Below, in pieces: positions 43,920 through 57,807 of a DNA stretch of 64,000 nt; within the stretch, counting starts at the first letter, position 1; each line of letters begins with the position of its first letter. The stretch lies in assembly GCF_009914755.1 (NCBI RefSeq), contig NC_060931.1; one strand, 5' to 3'. Under the pieces are notes generated by a model. That model was not told where the DNA came from, searched no databases, and saw only the letters and a program-made list of their open reading frames with translations. A program made the translations under genes and the position numbers. Source of the DNA: the human T2T-CHM13v2.0 reference genome, Homo sapiens.

Positions 43920-43997
43920 CAGAAGTACCACAGCCTCTGTATGGAGAGGGCCCGCACACAGCACCTGGAGCCACAGCAGTCCTCGTAGGAGCGGCAT
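43920..43997 (-). CDS. VOPP1: VOPP1 exon 3 (78 nt): Cys-rich luminal segment
   Basis: cacag|A acceptor and TG|gtaggt donor; encodes (I)CRSYEDCCGSRCCVRALSIQRLWYF(W); phase fits exon 4. Confidence 0.96.
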
Positions 43998-45479
43998 CTG
44001 TGGAGAGAGGCACAGGCTGGTCAGCACTGAATTGGAAGCAGCCACCGGACCAGCCATGCGGCCCAGGCTGGGCTTCAATGTAATCATTCTTGAAGGAAGA
44101 AATCAGTAAGAGCAAAAAGGACAGAACTGCCTCCACTGCATTTCACAGAACCAGCAGAGCAGAATGACATCAGCCTGTGGCCCAAAGCAAGGTGCTGAGG
44201 TGGGCACAGTCAGGGTGATGCAAAGCCCTGCATTTAACAAGCATCCTGTGTGCCAAATCCAATGGATTCCTTCCGGGAGGTGGCACAACCAAAGACAGAC
44301 ATTAAGCCTACCAGGACTGCTGCTGGGAGGAGGCTCCACAGGAGCCCAGCACCCACGTGGTGCTCATCCCTGCTGTCTTCAGTCCCCGACTACGGGGAAA
44401 AGATGGAAATACCCCACCACATCCACTGAGGCTAAAAGCAGAGGCTGTGGAGTTAGATAAATTGCAGGTGTGGTCCTGGTCCTGCCACTTACTAGTTGTG
44501 GGGACTTCTGGCGAGTCTCAGTTTCTCCATCAGCAAAATGAGTGGAACTGCAGGGGCCCTGCACAGTACTGACTTAAGTTTTAAGGCCTTTCTCACCATA
44601 TAAAGTGCTGATGGCACTATCACTGCTCACGCTGCCTCCCTCCCCTCATCCCCCAACGTGTCTGAGGTTTCCAGGCCCCTGGCAGGCCACAGCTCTCAGG
44701 GGTGTGCTCAGAAGCTGTTCCCAGAGAGCTGCCTGAGCATGGGCCCTTGCGCAGGTCTCAGGTGAGGCACTCGGTGCCCTCGACATCCCTGCCCTGCCCC
44801 AACCCCACGTCCTCCTTGAAGAGAGAAGATGCCATGAAAGTGCAAACCCTTCCGTTTTACAGAGAAGTTTTCACTAGAGCGTTTCGAGCCCAAGCAGCAA
44901 TGGATTGGCAGGGATGTGGGGAGGGCCACTTCTCTACAATATTAAACCATTACCTAATTGTGATCTAGGTTCCTGCCAGTTTTTTTCCTTTAAAAAAAAG
45001 TACCTGGGAGAAATATACAATTCAGCCTAAGGTCTTGGGCACTGAATGTGTAGATTATTGCAGTACAAATAGGCTTGTTTTATGTAGAAGTATGTGTAGA
45101 AAACTAGTTAAGATGCAAAGTGAGATAACAGCGGCCTGGAACTCAGCAGACCCAAGCTCCAAAGCTGCTCTTCCCTGGTTGTGCACCCAGTAGGCCCAAA
45201 GCTCCTGGAGGTGGTGCTGCCTCTTTGTAAACACCCCGCACCCAACGGCAGCTAAATCCTCTATTGTTTCAAGGACAAACTGGGCTGAGAGACACTCCCT
45301 CCCCACTCCACCCCCACGCCATTCCACAGACAATATGGCAGCATTCATGTACAGTCTTCCCCTGGCCCATGAACATGAATCCCTACCCAGTACCCAAAGT
45401 GTTGTGATTTCCATGAAATGCTCCCATTGGCTCCCACTGAGAGTTACCTAAATGAGTGCTCAAGAATGTTGCTGGTCCT

Positions 45480-45740
45480 GGCCGGGTGCAGTGGCTCACA
45501 CCTGTAATCTCAGCACTTTGGGAGGCCAAGGCGGGTGGACCACTTGAGGTCAGGAGTTCGAGACCAGCCTGGCCAACATGGTGAAACCCTGTCTCTACTA
45601 AAAATACAAAAATTAGCTGGGCATAGTGTGTGCACCTGTAGTCCCGGCTACTCAGGGAACTGAGGTAGAAGAACTGCTTGAACCCAGGAGGCAGAGGTTG
45701 CAGTGAGCCAAGATCGTGCCACTTGCACTCCTGACACTCC
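45480..45740 (+). mobile_element. AluSx-like element lacking its 3' end and poly(A) tail
   Basis: Alu sequence to ...gcactcc, then unique sequence. Confidence 0.88.
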
Positions 45741-46430
45741 ATGCATCCACCAAGGGGCTACTAGGAGCCTGCTCTGTGCTTTCCTGAGGGTGGAGCAGGG
45801 AAAACCCAGAGGAAACCCCTGCTGGGGAGGAGCTTTCTCTCTAGAAGGGGGAGAAAATAGTAAACGAGAAAACATAAACTGTGTTAGACAGTAATAAGTT
45901 CTTCTGTGGTGAAAAATGGAGCCGGCACCGGCAGGTTGAGAGCACGAGGCAGCAGGGTGCTCAGGGAGGACATGTGCAGGAGGTGACGTCTGAAAAGAGA
46001 GCACGCAGGAATCCAGTCTGCCAATGAGGGAAGCTGACACAGGGTCTCAGTGCTCGGGACGGGGGAATGCTGGTACCCCTGGTTCCACGGCTGCATGCTG
46101 GAGATGAGTGCAGGAGCACAGGGTGTGAGGGGGAGTGAGACACCTGGTCTGGCTGTTTCTGCAGGCCAGCGCCCTGCACAAACAGTACCTTCTGCAATTC
46201 TCCGAGGCCTTCCCCTAGAATCTCACTGGTGTCGGTTGATCAATGTGTGTGTGCCTGTGTGTGTGGAAGAGAAGGGAGCAGTCGAGGGAGATGAAGGACT
46301 TCTTGCTTTTAGGGTGGATGGAGTTCAGACAATTAACTGTAAACTAAAAGAGGTGGGACCGTTTCCTCTCACGAATGTGCAAAGACAGGCGTCCTCAGCA
46401 CTCCAGTGAGGTTCATGGTGAGTTTAGGAG

Positions 46431-46963
46431 TGTGGAAGGCAGAATGCAACCATGGCCCGAAGAATTGCACCCCTCAGAGAACCCACCCTGCATAATCCCC
46501 TCCTCTTCAGTGGGCAGGACCCTGTGAATACCAGATGGCCACTCCCACAATCACAGAACATTCAACGAGATGGTGTGTTATCTAAGTCTCTGCCCTTGCA
46601 GACTGGAGATTCTCCTGCTGGCTTTGAAATAGTATTAATAGCAGCCACGTGAGAGGGCCATGTAGCCAGGACTGAGTGTGGTCTGCAGGCACCAACAGCA
46701 ATCCCAGCAGGACCTCAATCCTACAACCACAAGAAACCGAATTCTGCCAACAACCCAAATCAATTCGGAGGACTCCAAGCTCCAGGTGAGAATGCAGTGC
46801 AGCCCACTGCTTAATCTCAGCCTTGTGAGGTGGCCCTGAGCCCAGAACCCAAATGTGCTTTCCCAGACTTGAGATCTACAGAGCTCTGCAGTAATAAGGG
46901 TGTGCTGTTTCAGTCTGCTACGTTTATAGTGATTTACTACACAGCCACAGAGTCAAGAAGAAC
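46431..46963 (+). mobile_element. MLT1E-like MaLR LTR
   Basis: tgtggaaggcagaat start; ctcaatcctacaaccacaagaaa..aattctgccaacaacc core. Confidence 0.7.
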
Positions 46964-49869
46964 ACAGCTTACAGGTTATGAGCACTTCTTATCTTACACC
47001 AGGCTAAATGCTTCACAAACGTCTTGTTAATTTTCAAAACATCCACATACAAGATAAAGTATTATTAGTGCCATGTTTGAAATAAGCTTAGAAGCAAGAC
47101 GTTAGAGATGTTGCACCTCCAGCCCAGGTCACTGTCTGCAGAAGCGAAGAGTGGACTTGGCCAGCATTTCAGGAAAGCATTTTGCACAGATGCTGCCTCT
47201 CCAGTAACATGGAGCCTTTCATGACCAAAGGGTCATCTTCTCTATCCCCACTTGATTTTCCTATTCTTCTTTGGCCCTGCTTTTATAACCTGCTGTGGAA
47301 ATTTCAAAGACCATGGTAACAGAGACAATGTGAAAAAAACAGACCCTTGGGCAAATGACAGGAGGTCCCTGAGACAGGACCCACAGACAGGAACTCAGCA
47401 ACCACTCTTTAATGGTGCTTGCATGGTTCTTTGTTCAGCTTGGAACTGCATACTGACCAGAAAGATTTCCAGAAAAACCTGTATCATATGATGTCAGCAA
47501 TGCGCTACAATTAGCAGGTAACTTAATCATAGAGACATATAATAAAGATGCGATATGAGGTGAAAGGACGGCGTCGATTTGTAGTGAATGGCGGATGCCC
47601 CCACAACATTAGCTGTTTTCAGCAGACATCCACACACATGCACAAAAATCTATGTGTGCCAGGCTGTGACATAAGGCACACTTCTTCACAGCTGCTGCCA
47701 GGGAAGCCCCAAGTTAAAAGTGGACAGGCTCAGTCTTCTGGTGTGTCCAGGACTGGCTCCATTCATCCTCGTGGAAGATTCTGGGTGGCCCTCAGGCTCA
47801 GGTCTCCCTGACTGTAAGGTCACTTTCTGCTGTTAACAGTGCTGGGCTAAGGTCTTTCGGTCCTTGTCTTCTGTCTAGGTGGCAATGGCTTTAGTCAAAT
47901 GGCTCTTACCATTTTTACGCCTAATTCTACTATATATTGTCCTCAAGTGATCAAATTCTAGAAGATACAACACTCATGAATACCCTCTCAAATTGGACAC
48001 TCAGCTCACTGCCTAGCCATGAACAGCCTCCTCTGCACGTGCTGATGGTGAGGGAGGGGAATAAGGGGGGTGCAGAACAGAGACGACATACACCTGCAGC
48101 TTAGGGGGAACTGGCCATGATCCTCTGAGCTCCTGCTAGTTCCCTCCCATTGCTCCACCACCCTCTGCCACCAAGATGCTCCTGTGTGTCTCTCTCTCGG
48201 GTTTTACTCCAGACTGTAACAGCTCTTATATCTGTGCTCTAGCTCTGAGCACAGCCAATGCTTAAGAGGTATTAATACTTGGGTCCCTCCAATGCTGGCA
48301 GCCATGCACTTGATATAAAAGAGGAAAGCAGGTATACACTAATAAATTTAGTGACTGAATCATTTTTCATGAGCTGAATTTGCTAAAATGCTTCCCTTTC
48401 AGCTTTACACTTGTAAGGAAGCATTTGCTGCCTGGAAACCTAAGCCCTATGGCATTCTATTTCCCATGCTGGAGAGAGCAGACTACCAGCTTTCAGACAT
48501 ATGTAGAGCCCTCGTCCAGAATTAACACACATACACCCCTCAGCCTGAGAACATACCCGTCCTAGAATATTTGGAGTATAACGGATTACAAGTTCCTCTT
48601 TGTTGGCAAGATACAACATCTATGTGCTCTAGCTCACTTTTCAGAATCCAAATTTGGAACACCAGCAGCAAATACACGCTGTCAACTGATTATCTCTTTC
48701 TTCTCTCAAAACACAGGAACCCTTTATGCTCCTTCCATGAGCTGAAGACCCATTCACTCTCCGCATTCTTGCGGCTCATCTGCGGCGCTGGCCCGGCTCC
48801 CATTGTGGATGCTGGCAGGCCCCAGCTACTCGAAGGAGCACACAATTACCCAGGTGCTGACACTGTTACCCCTTTTCTGTCTGCTGCTTTCTTCCTTTTG
48901 AAGCTGCTGGTAAATTGGGGCCCTAAGCACACACACCTGCTGATGTTCCAAAGAGCTGCAATTACAAAGAGATATTCACTGCAACACTGAGCTTAATTAA
49001 AGTAGTAAACATTACCAGGCAGTCGAGCACACTGAAGATGCCTATCATGGATGCATCAAGTCAAATACTCCTACTGCCCTAAGCCTCAGAATGGCAATGC
49101 TGCTCCCAAGGACGTCGCAAGACTACACCTTTGCAGAACAGATCAGGATGGAGAAAACAGCAAGGGTTTTTCATCTCGTTCTTCTCTGTGTGCCAGATGT
49201 ATAAACTGTCAGACTTGCCATAGAAAGGAAGAAACATTACTCTTAACTAAATCCGCTCCACAGCATATCTAATTATAGTCCTGAGACTCTGAAATACACA
49301 TGATACTTCAAAAGAATGAAAAGATCACGTATAGCAGCAGACATGGGCCCCTGGACTTACTGCCTGTTAGCCAAGTATTCCTTACTGTACCCCTGGATAC
49401 AAATGTAGATTTCTGCTGAGGTCAGAGAATGGGTAGTCCACTCTGAGCAGCTGCTGACAGGTAATTAGGTATATTATAGAGATAAAAGGGTGCCTGCCTT
49501 TTATCTCAATGATAGGACCTGCGGTCCCTGGGATTCGTCATGTAAAAGGAAATGTATGTCTGAGAGTCTACGGGCCACGATTTAGACAGGTGTCAGAGCA
49601 ACAAACAAATGCAAACAACAGGTGGTCGCTGTGGGAGTTTTTGGAGCCTAAGAAGGAAGCATGTGTTATGCTTAGTCCTGCACAGGAGGAAAGAGGGTAT
49701 GGCCACTGGACACATTTAATTCTTAGCCTTTGGGTTACATAAATCTCACGAGAAGGAAAGGATAACATACTAGGTCAAGGAATGTTCAGTGTTAGTAAAG
49801 TCACAAAATCTTTCTATGTAAAAAAGAAAAAAAGCCAAAAGTCAGTTTGTAAACCTTTCCATGTGTTGT

Positions 49870-50230
49870 TGCTATGGATGGAAAGTGTCTCCCCTAGACC
49901 GGTGTGTTGAAAGGCTACCCCGCAATGGGATGGTGTTAAAAGGTGGGGCTTTTGGAAGGTGATCCGGTTACCAAGGTGAAGCCCTCGTGACAGGGTTGGG
50001 GGTCTCTGTAAGAAGAGCCATGAAGAGGGCTTGCTGCTTGCTCCACTCCCCACCACGTGAGGATGGAACAAGACAGTGCCTACGAACCACGGACAGAGCC
50101 CTCAACAGACACCAGAGCTGACGGAACCTTGGTCTTGGACTTCCAGCCTCCAGAGCTGTGAGAAATAAACACACATTGTTTAAGCCCCACAGCCTCTGGT
50201 ATTGCTGTTACAGCAGCCTGAACTTAAGCA
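49870..50230 (+). mobile_element. MLT1A0-like MaLR solo LTR
   Basis: tgctatgg...ggacttccagcctccagagctgtgagaaataaa...gttacagcagcctgaac. Confidence 0.82.
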
Positions 50231-51915
50231 CCACTTTAGCAGTAATTGTATTTAAAAGGATTTATAGAAAAATCATCTCTGCATCTGGTGGAGCAGCTAA
50301 AGTCGGAGTAAAATATTCAGGGTGCGGGTCTGGAGATAGAGTTGGTGGGGACTGTAACTTTTTTGGGGAGTTCGAGAATCCAATCCTTTCTCCTGCCTGC
50401 AGGATTAACCCTCAGCAAACCTTTCTCTTCACTAAGCACTTGCTGGTACAACAGCTCCTTTCTCCCATCCAGTCCCAGTCTCTCAATTTGACAGCTGGTC
50501 TGTTCTCCTCAATCACACTGCCCCTGCCAGCTAACCCTGCTTTTTACACTACTCATTATTACCTGCATTCTCCACAGAGCTGAGCCCGCAGCACATACTT
50601 GAAGGAGGCTTCCCAATTTAGAAGCAGGAAGTACATTCAGGCTTATCACTGGCCTTCGAATTAGCTACCTATGAGAAATTGGGCTCTCCAGAGAAACTAA
50701 ACACAGAACCCTATAAAGTTTCAGCAGAAAACTCCAAAGGATACATGAGCCTCTGGGGGAGCAGAGGAAGACTCGGTCCTTAGCCACCCAGTGCCCCAGC
50801 AAATCTCCTTGTAAGGACTGCAGAGCTCTGTGCCTCACCTGGATCAAGGAATCCACCCGACCATTCAGTGACTGACCTTCCCCTCCAACCTGCCCAGGCA
50901 GACGCTGCCACTCCCTGCAGCAAGGCCCCAGGGCAAGTGCCTTCCATGACCATGGGCACTGTTCCTTGTGCAGAATCCAAGGCAGGCCCCACTAGGCTGA
51001 TTCATGACTCACACAGCCAGTCTTTCTTTCCAATGTCCAAAAGGACTCGCATATTTTCCCAAGCCTTCTCTTCTCCAGGAAACAATGCCTAGCTTGGGCA
51101 AAATTATGGTTTCTCTTTATTAGGAAGAATCCCAGTTTACTCTCATTTCCACACTTATTGGAGCTTCAGGCAGGATTAACCTTTTTAACAACTGTGACAC
51201 AGCCAAATCCTAATAAACCTTCCATCAAAACTTCCAAGTTCTTCTCAGTAAGTTCTGTCTTCTCATGCTGTACGGATGCAGTACAGTCTGGGACCCAAAT
51301 ATAGGACCTTATGCTTATCCATAAAAAGGGTAAACTTATGCAATCTGGCCCATTACTTTTATCCTGTCAAGAGCCTTTGGATCCTCATTCTGTCACTCAA
51401 GGCATTCACTATTCCTTCCAGTTTTCTGTCACTGACATGAAGGATATGAGTCAAGTTTTGCTGGGACCCAGGACTGCTGAAGGCCACCCAGGCAACTTTG
51501 CTCCTCCTCTCTGTGACAATCACACACATGACTTAGAATGGCCACGTGCAATAATCCACAGTCGGGTCAGGGAGAGACGAGACTGGGGCCTGAAAATGAA
51601 GAGGAATCTTTCCATGCCCTGAAGCTGAAATCCAAAACCTGAGACCTTCCCAAAGTCCAGCAGTCTGCCTGCAGAAAGAAAACCAAAGGGAAAGAAAGAA
51701 GGTTGCACCACGAAGTGAGTCCTGGCTTAGCTGCAAGGACTCTAGGAGTGCGCAGAAAAGGAGGGTGACGTGGTAAGACGGAAAGGTGACAGCCCATGAG
51801 CTCAGCCCAACTCACAGCCAGATGCTCTCTACTCAGATGGAGCAGATCGGTTTCAGCATCGGGATTAAAAAAATGGGCACGTGCATTTTATGGTAGGTGA
51901 ATTGTACCTTAATTT

Positions 51916-52010
51916 AGAAAGAGAGAGGGGGAAGGAAAGAAGGAAAAAAGGAAGGAAGGAAGGGAGGGAGGGAGGGAGGGAGGGAGGGAGGGAGGGAGGG
52001 AGGGAAGGAA
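51916..52010 (+). repeat. Polypurine microsatellite with (AGGG)11 core
   Basis: Uninterrupted purines 51916-52010; (aggg)x11 at 51961-52004. Confidence 0.95.
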
Positions 52011-52647
52011 CTTGTACATATGATCAACATTGCAAGCCTTCCCTATTTTCATTCAAGTCAATGCTAAAGTATTGATGATTAAGTCAATGGTGAATTCCAT
52101 TAGAGACATTTCTTCTATGTTGAGATTTTACTAATCATAATTTTATAAATACAGCTATTATAACAGTTACAAATCCACCTAACTGGACTATTACTGATCT
52201 CAGCAGAGATGCTATCAAACATCTCTATTAAAACAGGACAGTGTCAGATCACTGATGCCCCGTCTCACGGTCCCATAAAAGACCAACCCAATAGGACCTT
52301 AGACAGGCAAACCCAAATTAATTTCAATCGAGCACAAAACACCCTTTTAATAATTTCCTGACGCCTTCGAGAGGTCCCCATTGCTCTGGCGACTGTCCTG
52401 ACAAGCCCACCTCCCATCTCTCACCCAGGTCCTTCTAAAAATCTCAGCCTGGTGGGCTGTTTGTCTCTGGGCACACTGGTGCCCAGGGCATTCCTGCCTC
52501 TTCCCTCCTAGACAAGTCATCTGTGATCATCAGGACATTCTCCCACTAACTCTTGCAAGCTCACTTCCCTTTCAGATGACATCACTGCCTCACACTCATC
52601 TCTCCCAATGATAAGTCTATTACGCAAAAATGTATTACTCATCACCA

Positions 52648-53266
<619 letters not shown>

Positions 53267-54547
53267 TAATACACTTATGCATTTCCAGCCTTAATATGGC
53301 ATAACCTCCTGGGTCATATCCTGGCTTTGCCTTTAGGAATCCAACCTACCCCAGGAAAGCTCTCTCATTTGAATGAGGCAGCAGAAGTCCCAGCCCATAC
53401 ATGTGGATAAAACTCAAACCAGGAGGTGGTTCAGGCAGAACTCCAGCAGCCTCAAGAAACACCTGTGAGGAGTGCTGTGGAAAGTAGTGGCTCTCAGCAC
53501 AGGCTCACGTCAGAACTGTCCAGCAGCTTTAAAAACACCCGTGCCTGCTGGCTGGGACACACTCCTCAGGAGATTTCAGTACACGGCAGGGCTGAGAACC
53601 AAAGACCTAAATCTGGAGCCCTCTTGCCTGTGACTCTTTTCTTGGTGCTGGGAAGGAACATGTGGTGGGTGAGCTGGTGGGTGGGGGGTGTTGTTCTGGC
53701 TTTTCTGAGCAGGTATATTTTTTTTTAACAGCTTTATTGATATATACTTGATATACAAAGAGCTGTGTACAATCTGATGAGTTTGGTCATATGCAAACAC
53801 CCAAGATACCACCACAATGAAAGTCTAGGCATAATCTGATTACTTGTAATATTGTACGTCTGCGAGAAAATAACATTTTTAATAGAACTTTCATCTTTCC
53901 AAACACAAGATTTTAGACCATTTTATCTGTCTTGCTTTCAAGTCAAAAACTTCACAGACCTGACTATGAACTCATGGTTCTTTCTTTCCTGTCAACCTCA
54001 GTTGGTAATCCACATGATGTCAGAATTGTCCTCCTGGCCTGACATGGTTTCCCTGACGGGCAGGGAGGTGCCTGTGTGTTGAGACGTGTGGTCCCATTTT
54101 GATGATGTTTCAACTTTTATTTGGTCAACACATCCCACGGCGAAGTCAAACATCTCTGGGTTCTAAGGAGGGGGCCATCACTGCTTTGATGAGGCCTGAG
54201 CCCGAGACGTTGAGGGTGGGAAGATGGCTGCCCTGTCAATCATTCCTTCAGAGACACAGTTATCACCAGAAAATACCTTCTCTGACTTGTATAAACCCAA
54301 ACTAGTTGCATTCAGGGTGGCATACAGGATTTACCTAGGGAAATTTTACTTGTATTTCTACCATGGGAGAAAGCATTACAAATACTTACTAAAATCACTA
54401 ATATTAGCAGACCAAATGGGGTAAAAAGTGCTCATTTCTTTGCCATTTTAACCCTTGAGGAGCTGCTGCCTTGGAGCCCAGATGCACCCAGAGTTAAAGT
54501 GAAGAGGTGAGGTAAGATGGACCAAGAAGCTCTTAAATTACTGCTGA

Positions 54548-54864
<317 letters not shown>

Positions 54865-55156
54865 CAGAGTTTTTGAAACTCCACCTTTGTGTTTCTGGGG
54901 TAGAGGTTTTCCCTCTTTCTCCTTTCAGTAAACTGCTGATCATTTAAAATTAGTTCTATTCAAGCCTATCCTGAAAAACAATCCTCCTAGTTTCTGGTTG
55001 ACTAAATATAAGGTTAAAAAAATAAATTCTGGCCATATGTCTCTTTCAGAAACAGTTATTACCAGAAACCACCTTCTCTGGAAGGTGTTTTTCATTTTCC
55101 ATACTAAAGTGAAAAACAGAAGTCTGCCTATGAGCTCAGAAGTCTGCCTATGAGTT

Positions 55157-55345
55157 CATAGTGAGATCCTGTCTCTATAAAAAAATCTTTAAAATTAGCC
55201 AGACGTGGTAGCATATGCCTATAGTCCTAGCGACTCAGAGGCTGAGGTGAGAGGATCGCTTGAGTCAAGGGGTTTGAGGCTGCAGTGAGCTAGTACTGCA
55301 CCACTGTGTTCCAGCCTAGGTGACAGAGCAAGACCCTGTCTCAAA
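55157..55345 (+). mobile_element. 5'-truncated AluJ
   Basis: catagtgagatcctgtctct...gaggctgcagtgagct...gaccctgtctcaaa. Confidence 0.82.
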
Positions 55346-55540
55346 TTTATTATCAATTTTAATTTTATAATAAATTTCCTATCATTGAAATCACACAGGC
55401 ATGATAAATACTAAAGTAATGAGCTGAGTTTGGCAATGAGATCAGGAAGGGAGATGAGATTCTAGTACCTAAAAAATCTGGAAACCTACACTGAGGTTCA
55501 CACCTGGCTTACTTTCTCAGCTCTATTTTTACTTGAGTTG

Positions 55541-55893
55541 GTCTTAGTCCATTCAGGCTGTTATAGTAAAATACCACAGCTTGGGTAATTTATAAACAAC
55601 AGAAATTGATTGCTCATAGTTCTGGAGGCTGGGATGCCCAGGATCAAGGCCCAGCAGATTCAGTATCTAGTCAGGGCTCCCTGCTTCATAAATGATGTCT
55701 TGCTGCTGTGTCCTCACAGGGCAAAAGAGGGCAGGGGAGCTCCCTGCAACCTCTTTTGTAATCCCATTCACGAGGACAGAGCCCTCATGACTTAAGTCAC
55801 TTCCCCAAAGGCCCCACCTCTTAATACTAATACATTGGGTGTTAGGTTCCAACATAGGAATTTTGTAAGGACACACATATTCAGACTATAGCA
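55541..55893 (-). mobile_element. MLT1A-like MaLR solo LTR
   Basis: tcttagtccattcaggctg...ttcagactatagca, reverse of the MLT1A consensus. Confidence 0.82.
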
Positions 55894-56302
55894 GCTGGTT
55901 AGCTGTTATAAGCAAATGCTCAGAACTCTTAAGTCTACATTCCAGCTCTGGACTACATCCTGCCCTCTTCCACCTCTGCTGCAAAAGTGAATTCCTCACT
56001 GGCTCCATTTCCTGGGTATTCTGCAAGAACTCCAAACTCCACATGCATATATGACATTCTCTGCTCAGTCTTCTATTGAATCTTTCCCGGAACCTATTCT
56101 TTTCATGGTCTCTCTCTGTCTTCCCAACCAGAAACCTCTGATTTATTTGACTCCCTTTACCTCTATATCGACTCTTCTGTGAGATGCTTTTCATGCCCAC
56201 CGCCTGTTCCTCTGCCCTATTTCTACAGGAGTTGGACTCTGTCTTGCCTTTACTACAAACACAACCTCCTCCCCTTTAGACCAGAGGACCGTGTCGTCAT
56301 AC

Positions 56303-56976
56303 TGTTCCTAGACCAAAATGAGGGTCAGGCTGCTATTTCTTGTGGCCCAATAATAAGATGCAGATGAACTGGGGAGGAAGAGAATTTTTATTTCTGCAAC
56401 CAGTTACTGGTAGAAGGCCTGGAAATTATGGCCAGACCAACTCAAAATTACAAAGTTTTCCAGAGCTTATATACCTTCTAAGCTATATGTCTACCTGTAA
56501 GTGTGCATCATCTAAAGACATAAGTGATTAACTTCTTTTACATTATAACTAATGTCTGAGTCCTCAAGGCCTTCTTCTGGAGCCTCAGTAAATTCACTTA
56601 ATCTAAATGGGTCCAGGTGCTGGGGTGATTACCCTTATCTTGTCTCCTACTAAATCACAAGAGGTTTGGGGAGTTCATTCAGACCGCAATAAACTTGTTT
56701 GTGGAGGCCTGGGGAGTTTCTTCAGACACCAAATAAAACTTATTTAATCCTAAATGGGTCATGTTAAGAATTCCTTCATTATTTTGTCATGCTTTAAGGC
56801 CCAGGAAAGGCCTAGGCAAAACTCCTGGTGGGCTTTTGTTACATCCCAGACTTTATATAAGGGCACTGGCTTTTTTTTTTTTTTTTTTTTTAGCTTTTAA
56901 TATTTAACTTAACCACTCAGTCAGTACTGAAACACTTGTTATGGAGGCCTGTGTTGGTGAGACCTGGCCTGCCACA
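56303..56976 (-). mobile_element. MER39 ERV1 solo LTR
   Basis: Minus strand begins TGTGGCAGGCCAGGTCTCAC...CAGTACTGACTGAGTGGTTAAGTTAAATATTAAAAGC; TG...CA ends; 4-bp TSD atac/atgc. Confidence 0.8.
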
Positions 56977-57807
56977 ATGCTGCATGCAGGAGGGAGTCTC
57001 AGCCCCTCAGACGGCGTTTGAGACTCTTCTTGCTAGGCTTCTCCCTCTTTTTCCCATCTCATCTCCTGCCATCCACCAGGCACCCTGAACTCCAGCCCCA
57101 TGGTCCCCACTGCACCCTGCACCTTCATGCTCCCATGCCTGCACTCCTCCCAAAGTCTCTGCTCCACCCCGCTTCAAAGATCAGCCCTGTGAGGTCTCTC
57201 CCAACACCATCCCCTGCCCTCCCCAATCTGTCCTGCTCCTCCCTTGGCAGGACCCCCATTTCTACAGTTCTCACCATGTGCAATATTGTGGTTAACTGTT
57301 AGAGGCCTCTGTCTTCTACACCAGACATGACCTTGAGAGCAACCCCATCTCATTCCTCTATGCATAGTCCAGGTATCCACCTTGGTTTCAGAACCTTGTA
57401 AAGGTTTTGACTTAAACAGAAGGGATGTTGCAGCAGAAAGGGAAATCAGCAAAGATGGAAACAATATGAACTCAAAGCATACAAAGGAAACTGATTAAAA
57501 TGTTAACACAGTGCTGGCGGGGACAGTTTGAAACAGGTGCTCCCAGGCAATGATAGCCTATTATCATGATGACCCTCAGGGAGAGCAGTCGGACGGTATT
57601 TAGTAGAATATAAGTATAAGCTTTGATTCAGCAATTCAATTTCTGCAAATTCACTCCATGTAATACAGCCAGCATTAAAATATATGAAACATCATACCAA
57701 ACGGAACTTTTAAAGACTATAAATAGCCTCATGTCTGCTCAAATATGTTCTTGCTACCAAGTGAATTATTAAAAATTTGTTTAGGAGCACAGCTTAAAAT
57801 TTTAGAA

